Shown here one piece after another: positions 9,917 to 22,266 of a DNA stretch of 37,622 bases. The notes beneath the pieces were generated by a model. It was not told the origin of the DNA. It worked only from the letters and a program-made list of their open reading frames with translations, and did not search any database. Origin of the DNA: Gonapodya sp. JEL0774 (Eukaryota); contig JADIIX010000018.1 of the NCBI GenBank assembly GCA_027604505.1, forward strand, positions 186,001-223,622. The letters are read 5' to 3'. Position numbers and translations under genes: made by a program. Positions within the stretch are counted from its first letter, which is position 1; each line of letters begins with the position of its first letter.

Positions 9917-12900
9917 ATGGGCAAAAAGAAAGAACCAAAGAACGAGATCGTAAAAGCTGCTGGAAGTGGTAATGCAAGCGAAGCCCAAAATCGACGGACA
10001 GATGGCGATGACTCGGATGCGGAGTCTTTCGACTTTGAAATGATGGGTCCAGCCGTGAAGACCGAGGAGAGCGTGAAGCTTGATGAAGATGGGGACATTA
10101 AGATGGAAGAAACGGATGAGATCGCCAATAGTGGCTCCTCTGCCGCGGAGCGTGCACCCAAGTTGTCACGAACGACGTTGTTCGTGCGCAATATCCCATT
10201 TGACGCGACGTCCCAAGAGCTTGCCGAATTTTTCTCTGAAATTGGGCCCACCAGAAATTGCTTTGTCGTTGGATTAAAACCAACGATGGAGCTTGATGGA
10301 CCTGGCCGGGAGCAAGTCGTCCCAAACGCAACCTCAAATGCTCCCAATCGTGGTATCGGATTCGTTCAGTTCGCGTTGGCCGAGGACGCCCAAAAAGCTT
10401 TAGAGACATTGAAAGATGTCAAATTTCGAGGGCTGCGGAAACTCAAACTGGAGTTCGCGCAGGCGCGACACGGAGTCAAGGATGGCGAAGGCAGTGAGTT
10501 ACCAGTGTTGAGTATGAGATACCGTTCTTCACAGAAACCATTCAAACATATATGTGCTTGTACTATGCTTGTTTGAAAGCTCCGGCGAAGCCCCCTGTCG
10601 TCCCCAAGCCCACTCAAAAGGCGAAAGGCGCTAAGAGTTCAAAATCACTACCAACGAACCTCATTGTTTCAAATCTTTCCGAGATTCCAGGACTTACCAA
10701 AAATCATCTTCGAAAGAAATTGAGGAAGTTTGGCGAGCTGACCGACTTGGAGTTTCCCATTTTGGGGTGGCAATCACGGGACGCCGGTGAGTTGTTCATG
10801 TTGCACTGATCGATTGCTCACCAGATACACTCATGTGCATCAAACATCTGTTCAGCTCGCGCCACGTATCCCACGTGGGATGCAGCTGATTCTGCTGCCA
10901 AAAGGCTCGACGGGCACGTGTTCAAAGGGGTTGTCGTGAAGGCTGTGGTTGAAGAGCGACGTGAAACGGGGAATCGCGGTAAGGGAAGAGAAGCAAGGCT
11001 CATTGTACGAAATTTGCCATTCACGGTGAGTGTCTTCTCGTCGAGCTTAACTTCACAAACTGTTGTTTCTCAACACAGTGATCATACCAGGTCAACGACG
11101 CGAAACTGCGATCTCTCTTCTCTGACTTTGGCACTCTCAAAGACGTAAAACTCCCGCTCAAAGCCCCTACCTCCGAAAACTCGCTCGGTACTCCCCGTGG
11201 ATTCGGATTTGTCGAATTCGAATCCCGGAAGGAGGCTGAAGCTGCCATCGAAAAAGTGAACGGAACAACTGTTGGTGGGAGGATTGTCGCTGTAGATTGG
11301 GCGGTCAGTAAACGGGTCTGGGAGGAGGAAGTGAAGCCTGGAGGAGAAGATGAAATAACAGAGACGAAAACGGAGGATGATGACGATGGAGACGATAATC
11401 CGATGAGATTCCAGAATGAATCTGAAGGTGACCTCAAAGACGAATTGGATGATGATGCGGACGTGAAATTAGAGGATGACGATGATGAAGACCACAAGGA
11501 TGGGGACGACTCTTCTGTATGGGAAGAGGATGACTGGAAGGACGAAGAATCTAGCAGCCATGTGGAAGACACTACTGAGGTCGCAGACTCCCCGAAAGGC
11601 TTGAAACGCAAGCATTCTGTCTCGATTGACAATGGTGACGCCACAGTCAAATTGTCGCCCGAGGAGGAGCGTGAGCGCATGTTGAAGAAACGAAAGGCTG
11701 AGGCTGAGACGACGGTCTTCGTGAAGAACCTCGCTTTTGAGACTGGAGAGGAGGATCTGGCGGAGAAGTGAGTTCGTCGGTGAAACAGAGTTTTGCTCGG
11801 AAATGTTGCCTTACCTCTACCTTTTAGATTCCGACACTTCGGTCCCATTCGCTACGCTCGCATTACGCAGGATTTGCAAACAGGACGCTCTCGGGGAACA
11901 GCGTTTGTTCGCTTCGTCCGCTCTCTCGATTGTCAACGATGTCTCACGGAGTACGCTGCCGCTGCGGCCACAATGTCATTTGAAGTTGAAGGAGTCAAGA
12001 AAGCGCAAGAAAGCGATTCCCGGAAAAAGGGACCACCAAAACCACCGTCTGTGTTGAACCCCGAACCCTCCACGACGGCTTCGTCGACACCGTTCTTTCT
12101 TCACGGTCGATCGTTGGTTGTGCTTCCTGCTGTCACCCGCGTACAAGCCGGTGCTCTTGTCGTGGAAAATAAGAGGAAGAAGCGGGGACAGGACAAACGC
12201 AACCTCTATCTCGCTCGAGAGGGTGTGGTGTTCCCAGATACTCCAGCCGCTGCAAGCATGACCCCTACCGAAGTTTCGAAACGGCAAACTAGCTATGCAG
12301 AGCGGAAGAGAATGCTTGAAAGGAATCCCAACTTGTTTGTGAGCAAGACTCGATTAAGCTTGCGGAATTTGTGGACGCAGTTGCACGACGGTGATCTCCG
12401 CAAGTTGAGCAAGTTGGCAGTGGATGCATTTTGGAGAGAGTGGCGGCAAGGAACACGCCAAGGCCTCGAACGAGAGGTTCTCGAAGAGGATGGGCTCTTG
12501 GATCCAATCGCTGTGGGCGACTATGAGCATGACGATCCATCCCGCAAGGTTCCGGACATTGACCCGAGTACGGTCCGGTACTCGAAACCGGTCATCAAAC
12601 AGGCGAAGGTGATTCGTGACACTGTCCGATTGGATCCCGCGACTGGTTTGGGCCGGAGCAAGGGCTACGGTTTCGTCGAGTTTTCGCGGCACGCCGACGC
12701 GCTCGCATGTCTCCGATGGCTCAACAACAATCCCCAGGCGTACGCGAGCGTCGCTCCCGAAGTTGCTGCAAGAAACAAGGCCATTGATGAAAAGGGGCAG
12801 CAACAATTCACCAAGGCTGCTGTGAAGAAAAAGGCCAAGAAAGATGCAGAAGGTAACACTCCAGGAGCAGAAGCAACGGATTCAGCCGCGACAGATCGAG

Positions 12901-13688
12901 TTTCCTACCCGACGAAGCGCCCAATTGTTGAGTTCTCTATCGAAAATTCACTTGTCGTCCAGAAGCGAGAAGAACGCGTCAAGAATTCGTTAGCAGGATC
13001 GAAAGCAAAAGAGAAGGAAGCGTCGGAAGCATCATCTTCCGGGGCGCCTCCCGTCGTTGTGCGTAAGAAAGGAAGAAAGAAGATGTCTTTGCTTGAGCGA
13101 ATCAAGGAGAAGAAGCTCCGGAAGAAGCTCGAGGGAGCTGTTGCTGTGGGTGCTGGGAAGGTAGTTTCAGCCGGCGCAAACGGTAACAGGGGACCTCTTT
13201 TACGGAAGGGCGAAAAGATTGGACAATCTGTGGGAAATGGCTCGAGCAAGAAACCAGTCGCGGGCAAGGGATCAGAAGCAGCATCCCGCCAGAACAAGCG
13301 AAAGCGAGATGGTGACGGGGACACCAAGGACATTGAGAAGCGGAGGAAAACTGATGGCAAATTCTCTCTCGAATCGACTTCACCCGGGCGTGTAGGTGGA
13401 CCTGCTAAACCTGCTCCTCGTCGAAGCGGTGATGGTGGACCCTCCAAAACTACCCCGGCGCCCAAACCCAAGCAAACACAACCACGACCTAAATCTATCC
13501 CCACCTCCATACCCTCTTCTGTTCCTGTCGCTGAACCTAAAAAGAAGAAGGAGAGGAGCCGACCAGGTCTTTCAAAGGAGCAAAAGCGAGACTTGCAGGA
13601 GGACAGGGAGTTTGACACTTTAGTAGCAAAGTACCGTAAGAATCTATTATCTGAAGTAACGGGGTCGGATATGGCCAAGTGGGCCTGA
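9917..13688 (+). CDS. NOP4: Nucleolar multi-RRM protein Nop4/RBM28 (60S biogenesis)
   Basis: RRMs TLFVRNIPF..RGIGFVQF, RLIVRNLPF..RGFGFVEF..IVAVDWAV and TVFVKNLAF..SRGTAFV. Also DKRNLYLAREG, NPNLFVSKTRLSLRNL, SKGYGFVEFSRHADALACLRWLNNNP and RPIVEFSIEN, an acidic linker and a Lys-rich tail. About four introns. Confidence 0.95.
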
Positions 13689-13759
13689 ATTTTGTAATTT
13701 GCAGTTGTGCCCGGCTGGTGTTAGTGCAAAGTTATCGTGGTTCGGAGAAACGGCTAAAT
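13678..13759 (+). repeat. Copy 1 of an ~82-bp imperfect direct repeat (NOP4 stop codon and 3' flank)
   Basis: AGTGGGCCTGAATTTTGTAATT...CCGGCTGGTG...TTCGGAGAAACGGCTAAAT, matching 15359-15441. Confidence 0.9.
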
Positions 13760-13834
13760 AGATCGAAACTCCCCATTGTGAAGCACGTGAAACTCTCCAG
13801 CCTCATTCCCACTGTTTCCCATTCAAACATCAGC

Positions 13835-15205
13835 ATGGCCGGGCCACTTGGAGATCCGCATGGCCGTCTTGCTTCAATGGGCCTTGATCGCGAAGGGGTT
13901 TGGGGGTGAGTCCAGTTTCAAAATGGTCATTCTTCCATGATTTCTGATGAGGACGACGCCAACAGTCCCGTAACCGCAACGATGGATTGGTGTGAAGAGA
14001 ACTATGTGGTGAACGAATGGGTAGCGGAGTTCTGTGAGGAGACAGTAGCTGAAGGTGGTTCGTGTGAGCTGAGGTGGTGACGACACCTTTGTTCATGTTC
14101 ATCGCAGGGAACACATGGACTTCTCTGTCCATGGTGATTCCATGCATATATGCGATGTATCTTGTTCACAGAGTGAGCTCAAGTCTTAATTCTGTGGTTT
14201 TGTTTCCATATAACCGGCCATTACGTTAGCACGGTCTTGGCACCCGTTTCATCTGGCACTATGCATCACTACTCGTCGTAGGAGTGGGATCTGTTCTATT
14301 TCATGGCACGCTGTTGTTTGAAACTCAGATGATGGACGAGCTGCCGATGTGAGCGTGCCATCATCCATCATCTTGCATACAGTTACGTAGTGTGCAACCA
14401 ACACCTTCCATTGCCGACCTTGCGTCGAATCGAATCGGTCGCAATCTTCAATAGGGTATACGCTACAATGTTTCTGGTCTACAACATCTTGGAAACAACC
14501 GAGGAACCTGTTTACGGACTGCCTTTGGTCGCTGCACTTCTCGCATACGCGGGACTATTCTCATACGTGTACCTGAATCATGTCAACAATCCGGGTGAGT
14601 TTTCTCTATCGTCCTTGTCGAAAGAAAAAGCGCAACGCACACCTTTTTCCGTGTCACTCACCAATCCAACAGTGTTTCACCAGCTCGTTTATGGCTCAAC
14701 GGTTGTTACTTTGGTCGCGTACTCCGTATATAGATGGAAGAAGGACCCGGTAATCAGGGACCCTGTACCAGACTGGAACGGCTCTCCGAGGGAGGGCACG
14801 GGTAGAATTCAGCTCATTGGTTACACACTGTATTTGACCGGTTTCCTCCTTTGGAACTTGGACAATATGTACTGCGAAGGGCTTAGACTCGCACGTATTA
14901 CTGGTGTTACCTTGCTGGGAACTTTTCTCGGGAAGTGGTTATTGAACCCGGTCTTGCAACTTCATGGACACTGGCATCTCCTGACTGGGTGTAAGTCACT
15001 CTCTGAGAGTTTTCACATAGACAACAATATCATTTTCTCCCTTCTGATCATTCTCATTTAACACGCAGTCGCATCGTATGTCCTCTTCACCGCCCAAGTC
15101 TACATGCAGATGCTCAGGAGAAATCGCTTCGACGTCAGGTTGGATTGGCAGCTTGGGTGGTTTCCTGTAGTGGTGTCAGTGCCACGTATAGCAAAGGTTG
15201 AGTGA
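13835..15205 (+). CDS. Alkaline ceramidase (ACER3/Ypc1/Ydc1 family, CREST superfamily)
   Basis: Spliced exons give GVWG-PVTATMDWCEENYVVNEWVAEF, VVGVGSVLFHGTL, QMMDELPM, VFHQLVYG, GFLLWNLDNMYC and LQLHGHWHLLTG. Ends IAKVE* at 15203-15205. Confidence 0.93.
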
Positions 15206-15358
15206 TTGCGAAGAATCAAGCAGTTAGTTGTTGCATTCTAGACCACACTTTGTATGGTTCTTTTTTCTTGGAACGCACGTATCCTTCTTAGCTTTAGAGA
15301 TTACTTGTCAATTTTAGCAAATGCAGAACATATTTGATGTTTTCTCCTCAAAGCTGAG

Positions 15359-15441
15359 AGTGGGCCTGAATTTTGTAATTAATTTGCAGCTGTGTCCGGC
15401 TGGTGCTGCAAGGTTTCATGGCTTCGGAGAAACGGCTAAAT
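15359..15441 (+). repeat. Copy 2 of the ~82-bp imperfect direct repeat
   Basis: Aligns by eye to 13678-13759 with a few substitutions and small indels; the first 22 nt and last 19 nt are identical. Confidence 0.9.
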
Positions 15442-16515
15442 CCACAAAGGAGTGGCTTTTAGTGTGTGCACCCAAGGGCAAAAGAAATCTGCATCAACGA
15501 ATGTATTATAAAAGTGTATTGAAGACTCTATACTGGTGTCCACCTCTTCGCCTGCTCTATCAAGTGCATCCTGGCTAGGCGGATATTCACGAAAAATTTG
15601 ACCAACACCCAAAGTGCGTCCTGCAGGGTAGCAGTGGATCAGCTTCCACCCAGCTCTTCACAGCGTCCAACAAGGCAGGGGCGACGTCCTTCAAGCCCGT
15701 ACTCTGTGGAGGTGGGTTTACGGGTTGCAGTTCTAAAGTAAAAATTGTGGCTAGCAATGGAAAACTAAGAATACCAATGACCGGACAATGATAATACCAC
15801 TCACAGTAACAGCTAGATCTTATAATAGCATGCAAAGAAAGGAAACTCACTATTGGCGGACTTGGAAAGCATTGAACAAAAGAACAGTTGTCAGTGTGCA
15901 ATTTGGGAACAAACAGAAACGCGAAAAAAAAAGAGTAGAGTATTGTTATACAACACACGGCACAGCGCTCCCAGAAATTTGAATTGCGTGCTGTTGCTGT
16001 TATAGATGTTGAGGAATGCGGACCATTTGACCGGCTTCGTTCCCTTGATCGGTATGTGAGGATGAGGCGGACCCGACATGATCCCTGTACAGTACAGTCA
16101 ACGGACAAATCAACAAAATGAAAACCCAGGACCTCTTCTTCTACGCCAACGCCACTGGCATGGTTGTCCGCCCCGGTCTCTTCCAACGATGAAGCGCAGG
16201 CCATTCATCGGCTAGGTTTTTTTGTCATTTGGAGATTCTGTCCACCCACCCACACTCCGTTCACATTTCTTTCGCACTCAACTACTCCTGTACCTTCCCC
16301 CCACTTCCCAACCCCCTCCAGCCATCTTCCACCAATTTCTCAATCCCTAGACGCTGCCGCCATCCAGGTAAAATACATAGGCGAATGCACATTGCACCCA
16401 GTGCATTAGGCTCCTCTGGCGCCGGGCTCTGAGGGCCGACTGTGATCCGGGGTAGGGACCTTTAAGAATTACAGAACGGCATAAGACCCTTAGGAGTACA
16501 AAGCAGTGTCATCTT

Positions 16516-18361
16516 TTGGCTGTGCATGTTATAGGGGCAACTACTAGATATGTATCAGTCAAAGTTGAGAGGATCATTCCTAACATGACGTGGAACGGGG
16601 ACTGCGCAGAACTAACTTGGTGGCACAGTGGTCAACCACGGGTCATCCACACCCAAAGTCAACACGATATCGTCAAGCATTTTCCGGGGCAACTGCTATC
16701 GACAATGAGCCTGCCGATGTTTCCTTCGGCGCTCGCTGCATCGGCGAATGCTTCAGGTCAGGCAATCGGGCCGGCATTGACGCGCGAGCTGAAGGCTGGG
16801 TTCGCAAAGTGCACTCGAGGTCGCCCACACCCTTTCGAAAGGGCCAGCCGACGATCGCTCTCCTACGTACGTGGGGCTTCTTTTTCCTCCACAAGTTGCT
16901 CGTCTCCCCGGAAAACAGGCGGGCCGGCCTCTGGTTTTGACCGACAGCATGCCTTGTCCGATTCTTGCCCAAGTCTCTCTCACTGTCGGCGAGCATCAGC
17001 CTTGCCTCCTGCATTCTCAGAGTGGCTTGAGTGGCACAATCATAGTACGACGCAAGATGCGCCCGCGGAGCGATCACGTGTCACCTCTTCCGACCCACCT
17101 ATCCAACAGCTTGGGGAGCCAGACATTGCAGACCCTCTCCTTCACCCTTTCATGAAACATACATCCGTTGACCTACCGCAACACGCTGATATACTTCGTC
17201 AGCTGACAGGGTCGAATCCCTTTGCGGACCTCCCCAATCTCGCTGGTCCTCGACGATCCCAACAAGAGTCGACTCCACGTGGGTCCCAAAGTACCAGTGA
17301 CGGGATCGAAGAAGAGGCGGACAATCTGAGTGCCTTGTTTGAGAAGCTGGAAAGTGGCATCTATCCCAACTCCCAGCCCGAACACGAGTGGCCCTCTCCG
17401 CCTCCACAGGATGAGGTATTTGCACCAGGAATCGCAAAGCGAAAAGACGAACTGTGCGACTCTGAGATGCAAAAACAGTTCAAGGTATGCTTTGAGCGTT
17501 GTTGCTACTTGTCACTTTCTATTCTTCATTGACTGTGCAAATGTCATGTTCATTTAGCACATCACAATTCCGCCTTCTACACAACCTCTTGCTCGGATGG
17601 ACACCTTGACCGAAGGTGTCTCGGCACCCCAACCGGTAGCTCCTCTTGCTTCCCGACTGGTCGCAACGGCGAGCACCGCTGCTGTGACAACGCGACCTGT
17701 ACCGGATGGGCCTTTGCCGCCCGCACCGTTTCCCAATGCAACGCCTTTTGGTCGCTCAACTGTAGTTTCACCATTGTCCAGAGTACTGGGTCCGGCAACG
17801 CAGCAGACTGTTCCCATTGAACAAAGCTCTGCACCTCCAAAGTCGGTCTCTGGGTCCGAGCACCATCCTCCTGCCTCGCAAGAACAACCTGGAGATCACG
17901 CTGCCGATCAGCTGAATGATCAACCCCCAGCTCCACCATCCTCTGCATCGTCTTCCGCTCCACTCCAACATAATCCACTCTCGCACCCTCGCGACACCCT
18001 GCTGGACCTCCTCCAGTTACCATCACTTACGCTCCAGGACCGTCAACTTATTTCTTCGGCTCTTTCTGGGCGCTCAACTCGCGTGTGGGAAACTGTGGGA
18101 GGATGGGTTGTTTCGAAATATGCTGGTGCCCTGGCAGCCGAACGGAACCGGCGCACTGCAGCGGCGGAAAGTGAATCTCGACCTCGACCGCAGGCCCGAA
18201 AATCCAAAATTAATTACCACAAGAGGCCTAAAGGAGTTCCCTCGACGTTGGCAACTTTGCTGAAATATCAGGAGATGCAAAAGGCTCGAGAAGATAAAGA
18301 GCGAAGAACGACCAGAACGCACGACATGGACGATGACCGGTGGGATGATCGGGAAGATTGA
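16516..18361 (+). CDS. Hypothetical Ser/Pro-rich disordered protein; start uncertain (possibly ATG near 16705)
   Basis: ORFs 16516-17532 and 17597-18361 can be joined by an intron at about 17485-17558 (AAG|GTATGC...TTTAG). Basic, NLS-like C-terminus; no domain recognised. Confidence 0.55.
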
Positions 18362-18568
18362 TACTCTATGATTGAAGAGGAGCTGTACAGTAATACTTGG
18401 GAGAGAACATTTTAAACTGGTAGCCACAATATATTATATATATGTAATAGCTACATCCTTCCCGTGGCCGAAGTGGCGGTGTCTGTGTTCCTCATACTTT
18501 GGCCTTCAATCAACATCCACAGCTCAAATTTCCAGACTTTCAAGCAAGATCTACATCGCCATTCACTG

Positions 18569-19840
18569 ATGGCGCCGATCCGTGTAAATCAGTACGCGCG
18601 GGATGTGATCAAGGTTCGTTGTATGGATAGGAAGACTTTCGCATCCCGCATCCGGAAGGGGAATTGACAGATTCCATCGCCCTCCTCTCCATCACGTCGC
18701 TTTCAAAATTTTTGTGTTGGATGAACGGAAATTGCGATCGTGATCACAGGCTTGGTGAGTTGATGATCTCCAAAGGTCGTGTGGGGCACGGAAAAGGCAA
18801 ACTGAACGGTCGGGGTTTCTTTTACTCTTGTCCAGCAAGCGATGCCAGGAAAAGAAAACAAGGTTAGTGAGGTTCTGAGAGGCGGGTGGTCTTGATCCGA
18901 GGTGATTGATTATCATTGGATACAATCGGACCTGACGGACCGATTGTTCTGGCAGATGCAACGGTGGCACTCCAAGTTGCTCCAACTGTCTCACTAAGGA
19001 TGCTCTCTGTGATTATAGCTGGGTGCCTCGAAAGAGAGGTCCTCCGCCAGGTTGGAAGAAAAGGTGGGTGTCTCCGCGCCAAGCAATATTGGTCGGAATC
19101 GCCGAAGAGTAATTCACACTTGAAACAGCCCTGCCCGGCTAGCTGCTCAACCTGAGCTATTTGTGTCCGAAAATGATATGGACTACACCGACAAACCAAG
19201 ACGGAAATGTCGAAATCTTCGAAAACGGGTGGAGTCATGTCCACAAACACCAGAAACGCGGGAGTGGGAGCATACGGCTGAATTCGGCAAACCTCTTTCT
19301 TCATCTCACCATTCTCCACTGGTCAATGCAATGGCGGTGACACCTGCAACGGTCATAGAACCTTCGGAACTGCTCGAAAATGGAGTTGACGGATCAATGC
19401 CGTTTTTGGATGAGGCATTGTCTTGGACCGATGCCGCTCCGAATTTATTGGAAGGAAGAGCTTGTTTCAAATCTCCTTCGCCTGAGGTTCCCAATCCCAA
19501 TCTGGATATCGCCTTCAGCCACGAGGCATTTTCCATCACTGAGGTCCCGCAATACGCCATGTTGCTGCCATGCTATGACTTTGTCACTGTCACGGGCATT
19601 CTTCCACCGCTTCCGGAGGTAGCATCAAACTGGACCTCTCCAGCATTGAGTTTCTCCCCCAACTTCCCCTTTCCCCCTACGATGTCAATCTCAATTCCAC
19701 ACGTTTCTCACAATAGTGAGATTGTTTACACCTCTACGATGGAATCTCCAAACAGTTTTGAAGACCTCCCCGTATCCAATTTTGAATCGGAAGAACTCTC
19801 GGCTTTTGCCGCAAATCAATATCTTGTAGACGATATTTGA
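18569..19840 (+). CDS. Small Zn(II)2Cys6 transcription factor (about 298 aa) with an acidic C-terminus and a 5-nt microexon
   Basis: Exons 18569-18613, 18750-18754, 18836-18862, 18956-19063 and 19129-19840, all GT-AG and phase-compatible. Translation: MAPIRVNQYARDVIKACKRCQEKKTRCNGGTPSCSNCLTKDALCDYSWVPRKRGPPPGWKK... Confidence 0.85.
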
Positions 19841-20091
19841 CCCTTTTATGTTTCCTTCAAAATTTTGTTATTTACCGTAATCGTGTTTCCTGTTTCGTAA
19901 TGTTTTGAGCCATCGATGACGTCATAGCTGTTTCCCTCTGAACACAAAATAATCACACTCCAATTGAGATCAAGAAAAAATATGCTCGCGGCCCACACCG
20001 ACTCCTCTACACGCAACATTGCACGTGAGCTTCCACAGGCTGCAGAGGCCGAAAAACTCTAAGAAACTGCAGGAACGGGTCGTCTGATGCC

Positions 20092-22266
20092 ATGGTTGGC
20101 CTCGCTTTGTCAACGAAAAGGCCAGAAGCAGTCCCATCTCCGCGGACACTACCTGAGTGCAATCTTCCGAAACTCCCTCGTGGAAAGGGGGATGAAGCTG
20201 GCTATCGACCTTGAACGTATTTGGAACACCCTGATCATGTTCATCTTTTCTTTTTTTGGACAGACTACAGTCAAGATTTAGCTGCGCAAAGGAGAAAGTC
20301 CGTGGAAATGGGTACTGGGGCAATTCGTGAGAATCATTCTGGAAGGTGTGGTATTTAAATGTGAAGTGATATGATTCGGCGTTTACCCAATTGGATCAGT
20401 CGAACACATTGGCCGATACTCGATTGACTCCAATTTGACAAAGGGAAATATAGAAGGTACGCACTAGCAGTTAAGAATTTTGTTAGATTGCGAATCTCGA
20501 GAAAGGTGTGCGTGCTTCCTGTTTCAGGATTTGCGGGTTGCATACAAGTTCCCCTTGGAATTGCAGGGCCAATCCTGGTAAGGGGGGAAAAAATGAAGGT
20601 AGAAGGAGAGTACTTTTATGTCCCAATGGCCAGTGAGTTTGACATAACGATCCAGATCGTGATCGATTCTTGACACCGTACTCGGACCTTTCAGCTTCGG
20701 AATGAACGTTGGTTGCATCATTCAATAGGGGAATGCGTCTCAGGAGGGAAGCTGGTGGCATCAAGACAACAGTTATCGGTACGATGACAAATGTCTGCTC
20801 TCAATTCATAATATCATCCGACAGATGACGCAATGCAGGGTGCTCCATGCTTTGTTTTTGCAGACGCTCGCGATGCTCGTCAGTTTGGCTTATGGGTGGA
20901 AGAGAACTTTGCAAAGATCAAGGAGAAGGCAAAGGAGACCACGAAGACCGGGAAGCTGTTGCGGATCGAGCAGTGCGTCCAGCATCGTAAGAGTACCACA
21001 CGGCTGTTTTACAACACATGATTCCAGGTATGCCCTCAGCAAGATAACGTGGTTTCGCTTTGACTACCGTACTGGAGGTGGATAGTCTGAATTTCGTGAA
21101 TCCGCTTCTGTTACTTACACGTTCTCCTTCAACTTAGACGCGGCGGGGCAGAACATGGTTTCTAAAGTATGCAGGAGGTATTGAGCCCCGTTTTTAAGCG
21201 CAACGGCTCATGGTTCTTCGCCAGGCTACACGGGCAGCTTGTTCGTGGATTCTTTCGCAGAATCCACAAGGGATCGTGAATTTCACTCTTGCAGCGGCAA
21301 TGGACACGGACAAAAAGCACAGGTGAGATCACCGCTATTCCTACTTCTGCCTTATTTGATTTCAGATCACACTCGGTGCAGTCATTTGAACACTCATCAC
21401 ACGCGAGGGAAGGGGTATGTTATTGGTGATAAAACAGTTCAGTCCTCCATCGAAAAACCAGATTGCATTGTTTTTCTAGTGTGGTCGTAGAATGTACCAT
21501 TCCTTCGCGTCTCTTTGAGAATATCATACGTGCCAAACCGGAGGCCATGTTCTACCAGGTGCATATGCAGAACGGTGCTCACTCTCAGCCGTCATACACA
21601 CTCTCACATTCAGCCCCTCTAACAATCAAAGAGCGACAACTCTCCAGCCTCGGTGCGCTTTTATCTCAATCCGTGTCCAACGGATCCCACATTGCTAATG
21701 GTGTAGCGGCGGTGTTCTTGGCCACGGGACAAGATGTTGCGAACGTCGCCGAATCCAGCGCCGGATACTCATACTCGGAGATACTACCAAATGGAGACTA
21801 CTACTTTTCCCTGACAATTACATCTTTGATCGTGGTAACGTATGGGTAAGTAGGACTAGTTCCCGTGTTTACCATGGGGTTGCGGGTGGTATCTTGGGAT
21901 GTTGCCATTTGTCGCCGGCATATGATGGTGCACTTTTGAATCATGCAGGGGAGGTACTTCTCTCCCGTGCCAGCGCGAAGCTCTCTCTATGATGGATTGC
22001 TACGGATATGGCAAGGTTTGTGAGTGCGATGATCCGTCAAGTATTTTGTAAAACCGACACAGAACCTCTGAATGCAGGCCTGCAAATTTGCTGGGATCGT
22101 CTGCGCAGTCCCTTTGTGCGGGGAACTTTCGTTGGCGAGTGCGGTTGTCGCGGACGAATGTGGGTGCACATATAGTTGTTTTTTGTCGCCCTTTCCTTTT
22201 GCCCGACGATCAATATTTTCAGGGGTTTCATCACATGACGAGTACGCAAGGAATCGCAAGGGATGA
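20092..22266 (+). pseudogene. Soluble (bacterial-type) HMG-CoA reductase homolog with an in-frame stop; probable pseudogene
   Basis: Spliced motifs GNIEGFAGCIQVPLGIAGP, VPMATSE*TLVASFNRG (TGA 20703-20705), TGDAAGQNMVSK, DKKHS, ATGQDVANVAESS, TYGGGTSLPCQRE, GELSL and WVSSHDEYARNR. No membrane domain. The start is approximate. Confidence 0.82.

Noticed and set aside
11021..13678. Long antisense ORFs (11021-11848 and 12905-13678)
   Set aside because: Ser/Phe-rich shadows of the acidic and Lys-rich NOP4 coding strand.
15587..16204. 205-aa minus-strand ORF
   Set aside because: It crosses AT-rich intergenic-looking sequence. Only a short stretch (LKDVAPALLDAVKSWVEADPLL) looks protein-like and no gene model could be built.
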